Assembly (NCBI GenBank): GCA_012842105.1
Contig: DUTL01000294.1
Coordinates: forward strand, 1 to 41,393
Source: Candidatus Fermentithermobacillaceae bacterium
GTDB lineage: Bacteria > Bacillota > Sulfobacillia > Fermentithermobacillales > Fermentithermobacillaceae
Direction of reading: 5' to 3'
DNA: 41,393 nucleotides
Part shown: positions 8,648 to 18,167 of the stretch, piece by piece
Layout: each line of letters starts with the position of its first letter
Numbering within the stretch: position 1 is the first letter of the stretch
Notes under the pieces: model-generated
What the model was told of the DNA's origin: nothing
The model's database searches: none
The model's input: only the letters and a program-made list of their open reading frames with translations
Program-made: the position numbers and the translations under genes

Positions 8648-9663
8648 AAGGCAGCAGAGTGATTGTCTCACAAGTAGACGGGGCCACGGCAAACCTTGTT
8701 GTTCAGGATGAGCATTCCCAACAACGATTAGATGCCTATATAGCAGCGCAACTTAAACCCACTATGTCTCGATCCCAGGCCCAGGCGCTTATTAAGCAAG
8801 GTAGAGTTGTCTTGAACGGCATCGATGTAACCAAACCTTCGATCAGGGTAAAGGCTCATGATGTTGTCGAGGTAAGAATTCCTCCGCCGGAGAAATGGGA
8901 TTTAGAAGCCGAGGATATTCCTCTGGACATTATATACGAAGACACTGATGTCCTCATAATAAATAAGCCAAGGGGAATGGTGGTTCATCCGGCAGCAGGC
9001 CACAGGCGCGGAACCCTGGTCAATGCAATACTGAGCCATTGCCCGGAAATTGCCGGAGTAGGGGATGAAAAACGTCCCGGGATCGTTCACAGGCTAGATA
9101 AAGATACCACCGGTTTGCTGGTGGTTGCGAAAAATGAGATTGCGCTGAGGCAGCTTCAAGCTCAGATGAAAACCAGAGCGGCGAAACGAGAATATATTGC
9201 CTTGTGCAAGGGCCGTTTGGGAAATGATGAAGGAATAGTGGATGCACCTATTGGGCGGCATCCTGTAGACCGCAAACGCATGGTGGCCATAAGGACAGAA
9301 TCAGGTATTGCCCCTCGAACCAGAACCAGAGAAGCAGTGACACATTGGCAAGTTGTCACAAGGTTCGGCTCTGACTACACGCTCATACTTGCAAGACTAT
9401 GCACGGGTAGAACCCATCAGATTCGCGTCCACATGTCATATGTAGGGCACCCTGTGGCCGGAGACCTTGTGTATGGCAAGGCAGGGAGAAGATTAAGCCT
9501 TTCAGGACAGGCGCTTCACGCGTTTAAGCTTGGCGTGTTCATGGGTGACAATTACGGCGAGTACCGTGAATTCACGGCGCCGTTGCCTGCAGATTTTGCT
9601 GAGGCTTTGCTTAGCTTGAGAAACAAACATAGGGAGGAGCTTCCATCATGGCTAATGATATAG
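8644..9663 (+). CDS. rluD: 23S rRNA pseudouridine synthase, RluD/RluA family
   Basis: S4-like N-domain (RLD.YI....SRS....LIK.G.V..NG) and catalytic HRLDKDTTGLLV. GTG-8644 overlaps the lspA stop (GTGA). The tracked ORF start at 8596 lies inside lspA. Confidence 0.9.
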   Translation: MKGSRVIVSQVDGATANLVVQDEHSQQRLDAYIAAQLKPTMSRSQAQALIKQGRVVLNGIDVTKPSIRVKAHDVVEVRIPPPEKWDLEAEDIPLDIIYEDTDVLIINKPRGMVVHPAAGHRRGTLVNAILSHCPEIAGVGDEKRPGIVHRLDKDTTGLLVVAKNEIALRQLQAQMKTRAAKREYIALCKGRLGNDEGIVDAPIGRHPVDRKRMVAIRTESGIAPRTRTREAVTHWQVVTRFGSDYTLILARLCTGRTHQIRVHMSYVGHPVAGDLVYGKAGRRLSLSGQALHAFKLGVFMGDNYGEYREFTAPLPADFAEALLSLRNKHREELPSWLMI

Positions 9664-10319
9664 ATCGAAAACATATGGCTGAAAGAGTAGCAAAGATATT
9701 GATAGACATAAAGGCGGTAGGAGCCAGGCCCGGTGAGCCGTTTACATTGACTTCAGGAACCAAGAGCCCGGTGTACATAGACTGCCGCAGGTTAATTTCA
9801 TTTGTGCCTGAGAGGGAAGAGGCCATAGGGTTTTTGCAGCATCTGGTTCAAGATTCAGTAGATGGCCCAATAGGCGCAATTGCAGGTGGTGAGACTGCAG
9901 GGATTCCGTATGCTGCGTTTCTTAGCTGGCAAATGGGGCTTCCCATGCTTTACGTACGAAAAAAGCCCAAAGGATTTGGGAAGAACGCCATGGTAGAAGG
10001 CGATGTTGTTGACGGGTCACGTGTGGTCCTCATTGAAGACCTGATTTTTGACGGCGGGAGCAAAGTGAATTTCATAAGGGGCCTAAGAAAAGCAGGTTTG
10101 GCGGTAAACCACGTGTTTACAGTCGCTTCATATGCGCTTCACGAGGAGTATGAAAAAACCCTGGGTTCAATTGACGTGAAAGTGTCATGGCTTACAGACT
10201 GGCCCACGATTGTCGATGTTGCTGAAAATACTGGATATTTCAGTAAAGATGAGGCCGGCGAAGTAAGACAGTTCTTGGCAGCTCCACACAAATGGTCCAG
10301 GGCAAGGGGCGGAAAATAG
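9648..10319 (+). CDS. pyrE: Orotate phosphoribosyltransferase-like (type I PRTase)
   Basis: Contains F.L.SG..SP.YIDCR and the PRPP-binding loop VVLIEDLIFDGGS. Carries a C-terminal extension of about 30 aa. Confidence 0.7.
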   Translation: MANDIDRKHMAERVAKILIDIKAVGARPGEPFTLTSGTKSPVYIDCRRLISFVPEREEAIGFLQHLVQDSVDGPIGAIAGGETAGIPYAAFLSWQMGLPMLYVRKKPKGFGKNAMVEGDVVDGSRVVLIEDLIFDGGSKVNFIRGLRKAGLAVNHVFTVASYALHEEYEKTLGSIDVKVSWLTDWPTIVDVAENTGYFSKDEAGEVRQFLAAPHKWSRARGGK

Positions 10320-10439
10320 GGTTTGGGGCGGGCAGGCCACCGAAACGACCGAAAGCCCTGGACACTTTGGGCAGCGAAACACCGGGAACCTTTTATCCTG
10401 GCTCGGGGTCAAATATAAAAGACCGGTTCGGAGGTGATT

Positions 10440-10895
10440 TTGCTGAAGAAAGCGCCACTATTTTGCCTATCAATTTGCTTGATGGCCGTGGTATTGGCAG
10501 TGTCCGGCTGCACAAACGCACCGGAAAAGGAGCCCATAGCCATGGAACCTTCAATAGAAAAGGATCTCAAGCAAGTTCATCCAGACGAAGACGTGAACCA
10601 CACGTTTAATACCAGATTTTCCCTGGATAATGCGTTGGATAGGATAGGGCAACTAAAAACAATTTCGATGCCGCCAGGCGAAAAATCTATGGCTTTTAGC
10701 AATTCTGTAGGCGCCGTGGAAGGTGCATTGCGCAAGCAAGACTATGAGATAAAGAAACTGGAATTTGAACTTGCCAAGATACTGTTTAGAGATGGCGAAA
10801 TAACCAGGGAACAGCTGGATGAAAAAGAGGCTGTATATGACAAGGCCGTGAGCGAGTTTAAGGCATTCTGGGAGTCATTCGGAATCTCAGATTGA
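10440..10895 (+). CDS. Hypothetical lipoprotein
   Basis: Signal peptide ending in the lipobox LAVSGC, followed by a charged, helical, coiled-coil-like C-half. TTG-10440 lies 6 nt after GGAGG. The tracked GTG-10434 abuts the RBS. Confidence 0.6.
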   Translation: MLKKAPLFCLSICLMAVVLAVSGCTNAPEKEPIAMEPSIEKDLKQVHPDEDVNHTFNTRFSLDNALDRIGQLKTISMPPGEKSMAFSNSVGAVEGALRKQDYEIKKLEFELAKILFRDGEITREQLDEKEAVYDKAVSEFKAFWESFGISD

Positions 10896-10941
10896 ACATC
10901 AAGTGGCCCATAGCCAGGAGTGCAACTGTTTCCAACATATG

Positions 10942-10980
10942 AAGGCCTCGGGAATTGAGAAACCCGGGGCCTTGTGTTTC
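10942..10980 (+). terminator. Rho-independent terminator-like hairpin after the lipoprotein gene
   Basis: AAGGCCTCGGG (10942-10952) pairs with CCCGGGGCCTT (10963-10973), giving 11 bp with one G-U. The loop is 10 nt and GTGTTTCC follows. Confidence 0.6.
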
Positions 10981-11563
10981 CTCACATAACCTAACATGGC
11001 TTCGCACGATTGCTGCTGAAGCTGCAACCTCACAACTTTGATGATCAAAAGCTTTATGAAAGTTCAAAATAACCCATGAGCGAAGAAGGAGAAACGCTCA
11101 TACGGGTCGAATATGACATCATATGGTATGATGTCTGACCATCAGATGGTAGTGCGGTGTAGGCAGAAGTTGTTATTGTAGGGGCCCAGAGGGCAGTGCG
11201 CATAATGTGCCTTGGTCTTTGAAAGCGAAATAGGCAGATTTCACGGGTCCCCGGAAAGATTGGGCGGTTTCTGACATCCCCGGCGCAGGTTCGGCCTCGT
11301 GGCCTGTCTGGAGCCGGGCAGCCTACCAGAAGCGCATACCGCAAGCCCTCAACTGCGGCCTTAGAAGTTTATCTGAGCTCAATGCAAGTTTGAACCGTCA
11401 GTGAGAAAATTTTGGAGCGAGAGTTCGCATCATTGTATGCGACACAAGAGACACCATCCTCGCCCAGATCGGTTAAATCCGATCGTGTCGGAATACCGCC
11501 CAACTTCTTAGCCGGCACCCGGAAGGAATGGCTAAGTGAAGGAGTATGCAGGGAGGGTTAGAA

Positions 11564-13264
11564 TTGAGAAGGTTTGTTGCGCTGGCAATGGTTGTTTTAT
11601 TGTGTTTCGGGGCAATTGTAGGGTGTACTCCCAAGGAACCGGAAGCGCCAATAGCCCAAGAAGATGAAATTGACGAGATTCAGAAATTTATCTTCAGCAG
11701 TAACAGCGCGGTTTTGGGCCTTAACCCAATACTTAATACGACGGCACCTGATAATGGCCTTCAGAGAATAATACTGGAGACCCTTATCGACAGTGTCGCC
11801 GATGAGTATGGCAATGCAATAATAAAACCGGCTGCTGCCAAGGACTGGACGATTAGTGATGATGGCCTCGTCTATACTTTCAACATCAGGGATGATGCAG
11901 TGTGGAATGATGGAGTACCTGTAACGGCCCATGATTTTGTGTTTACGTATAGAACTATGGCCACACCTGAAGTAGGTTCCACCAATGCTTGGTTGTTTGA
12001 TGGAGTCATTGAGAATTTCGGCGAAGCGCTTTACGAGGGCACCAAGACACCGGAGGAAATCGGAGTGAAAGCCCTTAACGATAAGACAGTTGAGTTCACT
12101 CTGACAAAGCCTTACGGATATTTTCTGGATTTGTTAACAGGTGCGAAACCCGTAAGGCAAGACAAGTGGGAGGAATGGGGTTCAGCTTACGGTGCGTCAC
12201 ATGACAAGGTTGTTATGAATGGTCCTTTTGTCATTGAGAGCTGGGATCAGAACGTCCAGATGACTCTTGTATCGAACGAGTCTTATTGGGACGCGGAAAA
12301 CGTCAAATTGCAGAAGATTGAACGAAAGGTAATCAAGGATCCTGCCACGGCCGTGCAAGCACTGCTTTCCGGTGAGATCGATGTTGTGGGGACAAATGAC
12401 CCCGATTGGCAGGAAGTAATTGCAGAAGAAGGAGATAGGTTCAGGGTACTTGAGGTGCCCAGCCAGGCTCCGGAGTTCTTAGGGTTTAACTGCAATAACA
12501 AGTACTTTAAGAACCCCAAGATAAGGCTCGCCTTCTCTCTGGCTTATGATAGGGAGAAATACATCGAGGACTTGAGATATGGCCTATCAGAGCCTCTTTA
12601 TTCCTTGATGCCCGGGGTTATCAACTGCGGAGAGATTCCGTATACAGAGAGAGTACAAGGCAGGAATCAGATCATTAAGGATCTTATGGAGCAATATCCC
12701 GATCCCAAAGCACTTCTTATAGAAGGGCTTGAAGAAGAAGGCTTTGATCCGGACCCGTCCAAAATGGAAGTAAGATATGCGACACGAGGCACCGCTCAAT
12801 ACTCCAAGGACAGTGCTGAATGGCTGCAACAAATGTACGAAGAAAGCCTGGGCGTTACTATTACCATCGATATGGTGGAATGGAACATCATGTGGGAGAA
12901 AGTTGATCAAAACGATTATGACATTTGCACCGCAGGTTGGGGCCCGTACTATAATGACCCCAACGCCCTGCTGGAGATCTACGATCCTGTAGAAGGATAC
13001 TTCAACAGCAAGAAATCAGGCTGGACCGGGCCTGATGCCGATAAGTTCCGTGAGCTGCTACAGCAGGCATCGGTCACGCCTGACAACGATGATAGGGCGG
13101 AGTTGTTCTTAGAAGCCGAAAAACTGCTGGTTGGCACAGGCGTAATTGCTCCCACCTATTGCGCCATATCAACTGTGTATTTGGCTGACTACCTAAAAGG
13201 TTACTATGTAAGCCCTGTCGCAGGTGTGGATTACACCAAGATCTATACACAGGGCAGGCCGTAA
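11564..13264 (+). CDS. oppA: Peptide/nickel ABC transporter substrate-binding lipoprotein (family 5, OppA-like)
   Basis: Lipoprotein signal LLCFGAIVGC and SBP_bac_5-like sequence throughout. First gene of an oppBCDF-type operon. TTG-11564 (GGGAGGG, 6-nt spacing) is preferred over the tracked ATG-11546, which has 1-nt spacing. Confidence 0.85.
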   Translation: MRRFVALAMVVLLCFGAIVGCTPKEPEAPIAQEDEIDEIQKFIFSSNSAVLGLNPILNTTAPDNGLQRIILETLIDSVADEYGNAIIKPAAAKDWTISDDGLVYTFNIRDDAVWNDGVPVTAHDFVFTYRTMATPEVGSTNAWLFDGVIENFGEALYEGTKTPEEIGVKALNDKTVEFTLTKPYGYFLDLLTGAKPVRQDKWEEWGSAYGASHDKVVMNGPFVIESWDQNVQMTLVSNESYWDAENVKLQKIERKVIKDPATAVQALLSGEIDVVGTNDPDWQEVIAEEGDRFRVLEVPSQAPEFLGFNCNNKYFKNPKIRLAFSLAYDREKYIEDLRYGLSEPLYSLMPGVINCGEIPYTERVQGRNQIIKDLMEQYPDPKALLIEGLEEEGFDPDPSKMEVRYATRGTAQYSKDSAEWLQQMYEESLGVTITIDMVEWNIMWEKVDQNDYDICTAGWGPYYNDPNALLEIYDPVEGYFNSKKSGWTGPDADKFRELLQQASVTPDNDDRAELFLEAEKLLVGTGVIAPTYCAISTVYLADYLKGYYVSPVAGVDYTKIYTQGRP

Positions 13265-13343
13265 TTGAGTGTTTTGTGGCAAATAGCATTTCTTGATAGG
13301 ATATGAGGCTTACATGCAGTCTGGGTTAAAGCAGGTATGATAA

Positions 13344-13397
13344 AAGCGAAACAAGTCATGGGTTTTCTCAATAGAAACGATATGTCTTGTTTCGCTT
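13344..13397 (+). promoter_or_regulatory. Perfect 12-bp stem hairpin between oppA and oppB (intra-operon attenuator or mRNA stabiliser candidate)
   Basis: AAGCGAAACAAG (13344-13355) is the exact reverse complement of CTTGTTTCGCTT (13386-13397). The loop is 30 nt and no U-tract follows. Confidence 0.5.
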
Positions 13398-13473
13398 GAA
13401 ACTTGATCAAGGGTAATCAGGGGGCACCCACCTGGCTGCCGCCATTACTACTGGTAAGAAGGGTAGGGGAACC

Positions 13474-14409
13474 ATGGCCAAGTTTATAGTCAAAAGAGTA
13501 TTTTATGGATTGTTGACTTTGTTTCTGATCATAACCGCGACATTCTTCTTGATAGCAGGCGCTCCAGGCGATCCTATAGCGGCCAAGGTGGAGCAAATGC
13601 CTGATAGGGCACAGGAAGTCATCCGAAAGAAATATGGCCTTGATAAGCCGGTCGTTGAGAGATACTTCATATACATGAAAAACCTCATTACCACAGGCGA
13701 TTTTGGCGAATCCATAATCTATACCGGAAAATCTGCCAATGACGTCATAAAAGCCAATGCGCCGATTTCCGCAAAGATTGGCATTATTGTTCTGGTGTTG
13801 CAGGTTGGTATTGGCATTCCACTGGGATTGGGGACTGCATTGGGCAGGGGAAAAATGTATGACCACATGATCAGGGTAGGTAACGTTCTATGCATTTGCA
13901 CTCCGAGTTTTGTGTTTGCTGCGCTGCTTCAGTATTTTCTGGCTTTCAAGTTGAAACTGGCGCCGGTATTTGGCTGGGGCCAACCAAAACACTATATCTT
14001 GCCTGTGCTTGCCTATACTATCGGCGGCATTGCAGTGTACAACAAGTACATGAGGGGAAGCACCCTTTCGGTAATCAACGAGGATTACATCGTGACCGCA
14101 AAGGCAAAAGGGTGCAAGAAAGGAAGGATTGTTCGAAAGCACATACTGAGAAACTCTATGATCCCTATTGTCACCATGATCGGCCCTGCAGTTGCAGGCA
14201 TATTTGGGAGTTCTTTCGTTATAGAGAGAATTTTTGCCATACCGGGCCTTGGAAGCTACTATGTGAAAGCTGTTAGTGATAATGATTACACCATGGTGTT
14301 AGGCATCACCATTTTCTATGCAATGTTGTATGTTGCATCGTTGATTATTGTTGACATTCTGTACGGCATTGTTGATCCAAGAATCAAGGTTGCAGGAACT
14401 GAAAAATAG
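13474..14409 (+). CDS. oppB: Peptide ABC transporter permease (OppB/DppB-like)
   Basis: 311 aa and multi-TM, with a BPD_transp_1-type EAA region (YIVTAKAKG....IV.KH.LRN). Confidence 0.9.
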   Translation: MAKFIVKRVFYGLLTLFLIITATFFLIAGAPGDPIAAKVEQMPDRAQEVIRKKYGLDKPVVERYFIYMKNLITTGDFGESIIYTGKSANDVIKANAPISAKIGIIVLVLQVGIGIPLGLGTALGRGKMYDHMIRVGNVLCICTPSFVFAALLQYFLAFKLKLAPVFGWGQPKHYILPVLAYTIGGIAVYNKYMRGSTLSVINEDYIVTAKAKGCKKGRIVRKHILRNSMIPIVTMIGPAVAGIFGSSFVIERIFAIPGLGSYYVKAVSDNDYTMVLGITIFYAMLYVASLIIVDILYGIVDPRIKVAGTEK

Positions 14410-14441
14410 GTTCTGTTGGAAGTATTGGAGGTAGGAGCCTA

Positions 14442-15377
14442 ATGGATACTGCAAGAACAGACATGGTTGTAGCTGATGAAATGTTCCAAAGAGTTGGCAT
14501 TGACGAAGAACTTTCTGAGCACTTGGATAAGCCGTCGCTTACTTATTGGGCAGACGTGTGGAGAAGATTCAGGAAAGACAAGTTAGCCCTGTTCGGACTG
14601 GTCTTGATGGTGGCCATTATTGCGACCGTATTCCTGGGGCCCTTGTTTTCAGGCAAGGACTACAAGTATATGGATTCATCTGTAAAGAACTTAAGGCCTA
14701 ATGCACAATACTGGTTTGGCACAGATGATATGGGCAGGGACATATTTACAAGGGTATGTTACGGCGGAAGGATCTCTATATTGATAGGTTTTCTGTGCAC
14801 AATCGTTATGTTTGTTATTGGTTCTTTGATGGGAGCGCTCGCAGGCCTGAAGGGCGGATGGGTGGACAATCTTATTATGAGGTTTGCTGAGTTTGTGGGC
14901 AATCTCCCGTACTTGATTATTGTGGTAATACTGACAATGACAATGGGCCGGAGCATATTTGCAATAGTCCTTGCAATGAGCCTTACATCGTGGGTTGGAA
15001 CATGCCGTATGGTTAGAGGGCAGATACTCCAGTTGAAGGAACTGGACTATATTGAAGCTGCAAGTGCGCTGGGCGCCAATACAACAAGGATAATACTAAG
15101 GCACCTCTTGCCAAACACCATGGGGATTATCATGGTTCAGGTTACCATGTCTATACCGGGCTTTATCTTCGGCGAAGCATTTCTTAGTTATGTGGGGTTG
15201 GGAATACGGCCCCCTGGAACCAGCTGGGGAGCGCTTGCATCGGCAGGGCAAGCAAGATTGATGTTTCACCCTCACATATTGTTTTTCCCATGCATAATGA
15301 TTGTTCTTACCACATTTGCTTTTCATTTGGTTGGGGATGGCCTATCAGATGCACTAGATCCAAAACTGAGAGAGTAG
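14442..15377 (+). CDS. oppC: Peptide ABC transporter permease (OppC/DppC-like)
   Basis: 311 aa with an OppC N-terminal region (YW.DVWRRF.KDK.A) and the EAA loop YIEAASALGA....I..RH.LPN. Confidence 0.9.
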   Translation: MDTARTDMVVADEMFQRVGIDEELSEHLDKPSLTYWADVWRRFRKDKLALFGLVLMVAIIATVFLGPLFSGKDYKYMDSSVKNLRPNAQYWFGTDDMGRDIFTRVCYGGRISILIGFLCTIVMFVIGSLMGALAGLKGGWVDNLIMRFAEFVGNLPYLIIVVILTMTMGRSIFAIVLAMSLTSWVGTCRMVRGQILQLKELDYIEAASALGANTTRIILRHLLPNTMGIIMVQVTMSIPGFIFGEAFLSYVGLGIRPPGTSWGALASAGQARLMFHPHILFFPCIMIVLTTFAFHLVGDGLSDALDPKLRE

Positions 15378-15386
15378 GTTATTGCA

Positions 15387-16418
15387 ATGAAAAACAGCAA
15401 GCTTCTTGAAATAAAGAATTTGCACGTATCTTTTACAACCTATGCAGGGATTGTACGAGCTGTCAGAGGAGTTGATCTTTATCTGGAAGAAGGGGAGACT
15501 CTTGCCATAGTAGGGGAGTCGGGCTGCGGGAAAACAGTGACAGTGAAGTCTATCATGGGATTGCTGCCTGAAGAACAGGCAGTGATTAGCGGAGAGGGAG
15601 CACAGATCAATTTCCACGAACACAACCTTCTTGCTTTTGATGAGGATAGAATGTCTGCAATCAGGGGTATGCATATTTCCATGATATTCCAAGATCCTAT
15701 GACATCTTTGAACCCAACTATGAAAATCGGAGACCAGATTGCCGAAAGTCTTATTGTTCACAAAGGCGCGTCCGGGAGACTAGCAAGACAAGAAGCGCTT
15801 AAGATGCTACGGCTTGTCAACATACCTAATGCAGAAGAAAGAATTGATCAGTACCCGTTTCAATTCTCAGGCGGTATGCGGCAAAGGGCCATGATTGCGA
15901 TTGCCCTGGCATGTGATCCTGAGATTCTAATTGCTGATGAGCCAACCACAGCGCTGGACGTGACAATCCAGGCCCAAATTATGGAGCTCATCAAGAGCCT
16001 GCAGCGGGAACGAAACACCGGAGTGATTTTGGTAACTCACGACCTGGGCCTTGTAGCCAGCATGGCCGATAGGATCAATGTAATGTATGCAGGCCAAATC
16101 GTTGAACGGGGAACCACAGACGAGATCTTCTATGATCCCAAGCATCCTTATACGTTTGCCCTTCTGAGGTCTGTGCCAAAGTTAAGCGACCACAAGCAAG
16201 AGGCATTGTATTCACTGGTAGGAACGCCTCCTGACTTAATAAAACCACCGGTGGGCTGCCCATTTGCACCGAGGTGCCGTTTTGCCATGAGAATCTGCCG
16301 GGACAGACCTGCTGAAGCAACACACTTTGGGCCAAGCCACAGCTCCTACTGTTGGCTACATCACCCAAAAGCTAATACCAGTGACGTTCCTGAAACATTG
16401 CTCAAAGAGGTGGTATAA
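15387..16418 (+). CDS. oppD: Peptide ABC transporter ATP-binding protein (OppD-like)
   Basis: Walker A GESGCGKT, signature FSGGMRQR, Walker B ILIADEPTTALD. The C-terminal oligopeptide-type extension contains CPFAPRC. Confidence 0.9.
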   Translation: MKNSKLLEIKNLHVSFTTYAGIVRAVRGVDLYLEEGETLAIVGESGCGKTVTVKSIMGLLPEEQAVISGEGAQINFHEHNLLAFDEDRMSAIRGMHISMIFQDPMTSLNPTMKIGDQIAESLIVHKGASGRLARQEALKMLRLVNIPNAEERIDQYPFQFSGGMRQRAMIAIALACDPEILIADEPTTALDVTIQAQIMELIKSLQRERNTGVILVTHDLGLVASMADRINVMYAGQIVERGTTDEIFYDPKHPYTFALLRSVPKLSDHKQEALYSLVGTPPDLIKPPVGCPFAPRCRFAMRICRDRPAEATHFGPSHSSYCWLHHPKANTSDVPETLLKEVV

Positions 16419-17387
16419 GTGCAAACAGTTGAGGTACTGATTGAGGTAAACAATCTAAAGAAGTATTTTAGGGTAGGGCGAAACGCATTTGTCAAAGCTG
16501 TGGATGATGTGAGTTTCAATATATGCAAAGGCGAGACACTGGGGCTTGTAGGCGAGTCGGGCTGCGGAAAGACCACCTGTGGCAAAACCATACTAGGCCT
16601 GTACTCTACGACAGACGGTGAAGTAATATTTGACGGTGTAAACATACATGCATTGAGGCCAAACGAGAAAACAGAGTTCACAAAGAGAGCGCAGATCATA
16701 TTCCAGGACCCGTATTCTTCTTTGAATCCAAGAATGACCGTCGGAGACATTATTGGAGAAGGTATGGACATACACCACCTGTACAAAGGGAAAGAACGTG
16801 AAGAAAAGGTCTTCGAACTACTCAATACAGTCGGGCTAAACAAAGAACATGTCAACCGCTTTCCCCATGAATTTTCCGGCGGGCAAAGGCAGCGCATTGG
16901 TATCGCCAGAGCATTGGCCATTGAACCTGATTTCATCGTTTGTGACGAACCCATCTCGGCTCTTGACGTCTCAATTCAAGCGCAAATAGTAAACCTCCTA
17001 ATGGAACTGCAGAGAAGCAAAGATCTCACCTACTTGTTCATCGCTCACAACCTATCGATGATCAAGTACATCTCAGATAGGGTGGGGGTAATGTACCTGG
17101 GCAATCTGGTTGAGTTAACAACCAGCGCTGAGCTGTATGATAACCCGCTGCACCCATACACCCGTGCATTATTGTCTGCTATTCCGATACCGGACCCGCA
17201 GGAGGAAAGAAGAAAACAGAGAATTACTCTGCACGGAGAAATACCAAGTTCCATAAATCCTCCTCCGGGGTGCAGGTTTGCGTCCAGGTGCCAGTTTGCA
17301 AAGGAGATCTGTACCAGAGCAATGCCGCCACTGGTTGAAGTCGATAAGGAGCATTTTGTGGCCTGCCATTTGGCGCGCCAGTTTTGA
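16419..17387 (+). CDS. oppF: Peptide ABC transporter ATP-binding protein (OppF-like)
   Basis: Walker A GESGCGKT, signature FSGGQRQR, Walker B FIVCDEPISALD, and C-terminal GCRFASRC. GTG start lies directly after the oppD stop. Confidence 0.9.
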   Translation: MQTVEVLIEVNNLKKYFRVGRNAFVKAVDDVSFNICKGETLGLVGESGCGKTTCGKTILGLYSTTDGEVIFDGVNIHALRPNEKTEFTKRAQIIFQDPYSSLNPRMTVGDIIGEGMDIHHLYKGKEREEKVFELLNTVGLNKEHVNRFPHEFSGGQRQRIGIARALAIEPDFIVCDEPISALDVSIQAQIVNLLMELQRSKDLTYLFIAHNLSMIKYISDRVGVMYLGNLVELTTSAELYDNPLHPYTRALLSAIPIPDPQEERRKQRITLHGEIPSSINPPPGCRFASRCQFAKEICTRAMPPLVEVDKEHFVACHLARQF

Positions 17388-17466
17388 CATGATCACATAA
17401 CCGCCAAATTAGGCACCCGTATCTCAGGTAAACTCAGTTGGCGAGGCATTTTGGTTCTTTAGATCT

Positions 17467-17499
<33 letters not shown>

Positions 17500-17630
17500 C
17501 CAATGAGCCATTGGGGACGGTCCTAAAAGTCTCATTACCTATACCTAATCCATCTGTCGATCTTCCCGGGTTTCTCCAAGTTTCAAACCGGCAACCGCCA
17601 AAGTGTGCCTATCATCCGTCACATACCGCC

Positions 17631-17672
17631 TATTTGAACATGACTGCTTTTATGTGTAGCGTATTTGAACAT
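17631..17672. repeat. Two exact copies of TATTTGAACAT (17631-17641, 17662-17672), 31 nt start-to-start
   Basis: Read directly from the sequence, about 135-205 bp from the dif core. Function unknown. Confidence 0.9.
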
Positions 17673-18167
17673 AGTTGAACACTTCAGCGTGTCAATGTAC
17701 TCCACAAGGACATCTCAGCCGTTATTTTGAGATTTGAGCCCCCTTTTGGTGTACTGATTTATCCCGCTGCAGATTCAAAGGCCCTTTTGCCGGCTTTCAC
17801 GCTGAATTGCGCTCGGTTGCCCTAAGTGCCAATTTGATGACATTTGTGACCTATGATACATACCGGCGGGTAAACAGGGCTTAAAACGCGTTTAAAGCGC
17901 ATGGTTTTTCGGGGTTTGTGCCATGTTCCTCAAGTTCTTGCTTTTGCGCTCGAAACCGGCGAATCTAAGCTACAGAAGGACTTTTTCCAAGCCAGCGAGA
18001 ATCTAAGATGGCGGCTGTTTGGAGTGTTAGTTCTGCCCGCTGCTCAAAGTTATGGTCAGTTTCAAAGGCGGTTTGAAAATACTTTTGCGAACAGCATGAT
18101 CAAGGAATAGTGAAGGTTTCTGATTAGACCGGCGAGTTTTGCCAGGCGCTGAAAAGGAGGATCTTGG

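Noticed and set aside
11054-11344. 96-aa ORF on the minus strand in the oppA-upstream gap
   Set aside because: The product is Arg/Pro/Thr-rich and looks like nonsense. It has no RBS and lies in a GC-rich, hairpin-dense stretch. It is more likely a by-product of structured or non-coding DNA than a gene.
11398-11415. CodY-box-like AGAAAATTTTGG upstream of oppA
   Set aside because: Only one half of AATTTTCWGAAAATT is matched, which is too weak to call.
17660-17680. GAACATAGTTGAAC, which looked like a LexA (Cheo) box, and similarity of ATGTTCAAATA to the B. subtilis RTP Ter core TATGTACTAAAT
   Set aside because: It is not a GAAC-N4-GTTC palindrome because the second half is GTTGAAC. The Ter resemblance needs a gap, and RTP is restricted to close Bacillus relatives. 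It is kept only as an unexplained direct repeat.
17850-18167. Expected c-di-AMP (ydaO) riboswitch upstream of the NlpC/P60 gene
   Set aside because: The conserved ydaO blocks I remember (GGGGACCCA, ...CCCGACAGCTAACCTCGTAAGC) are absent on both strands.
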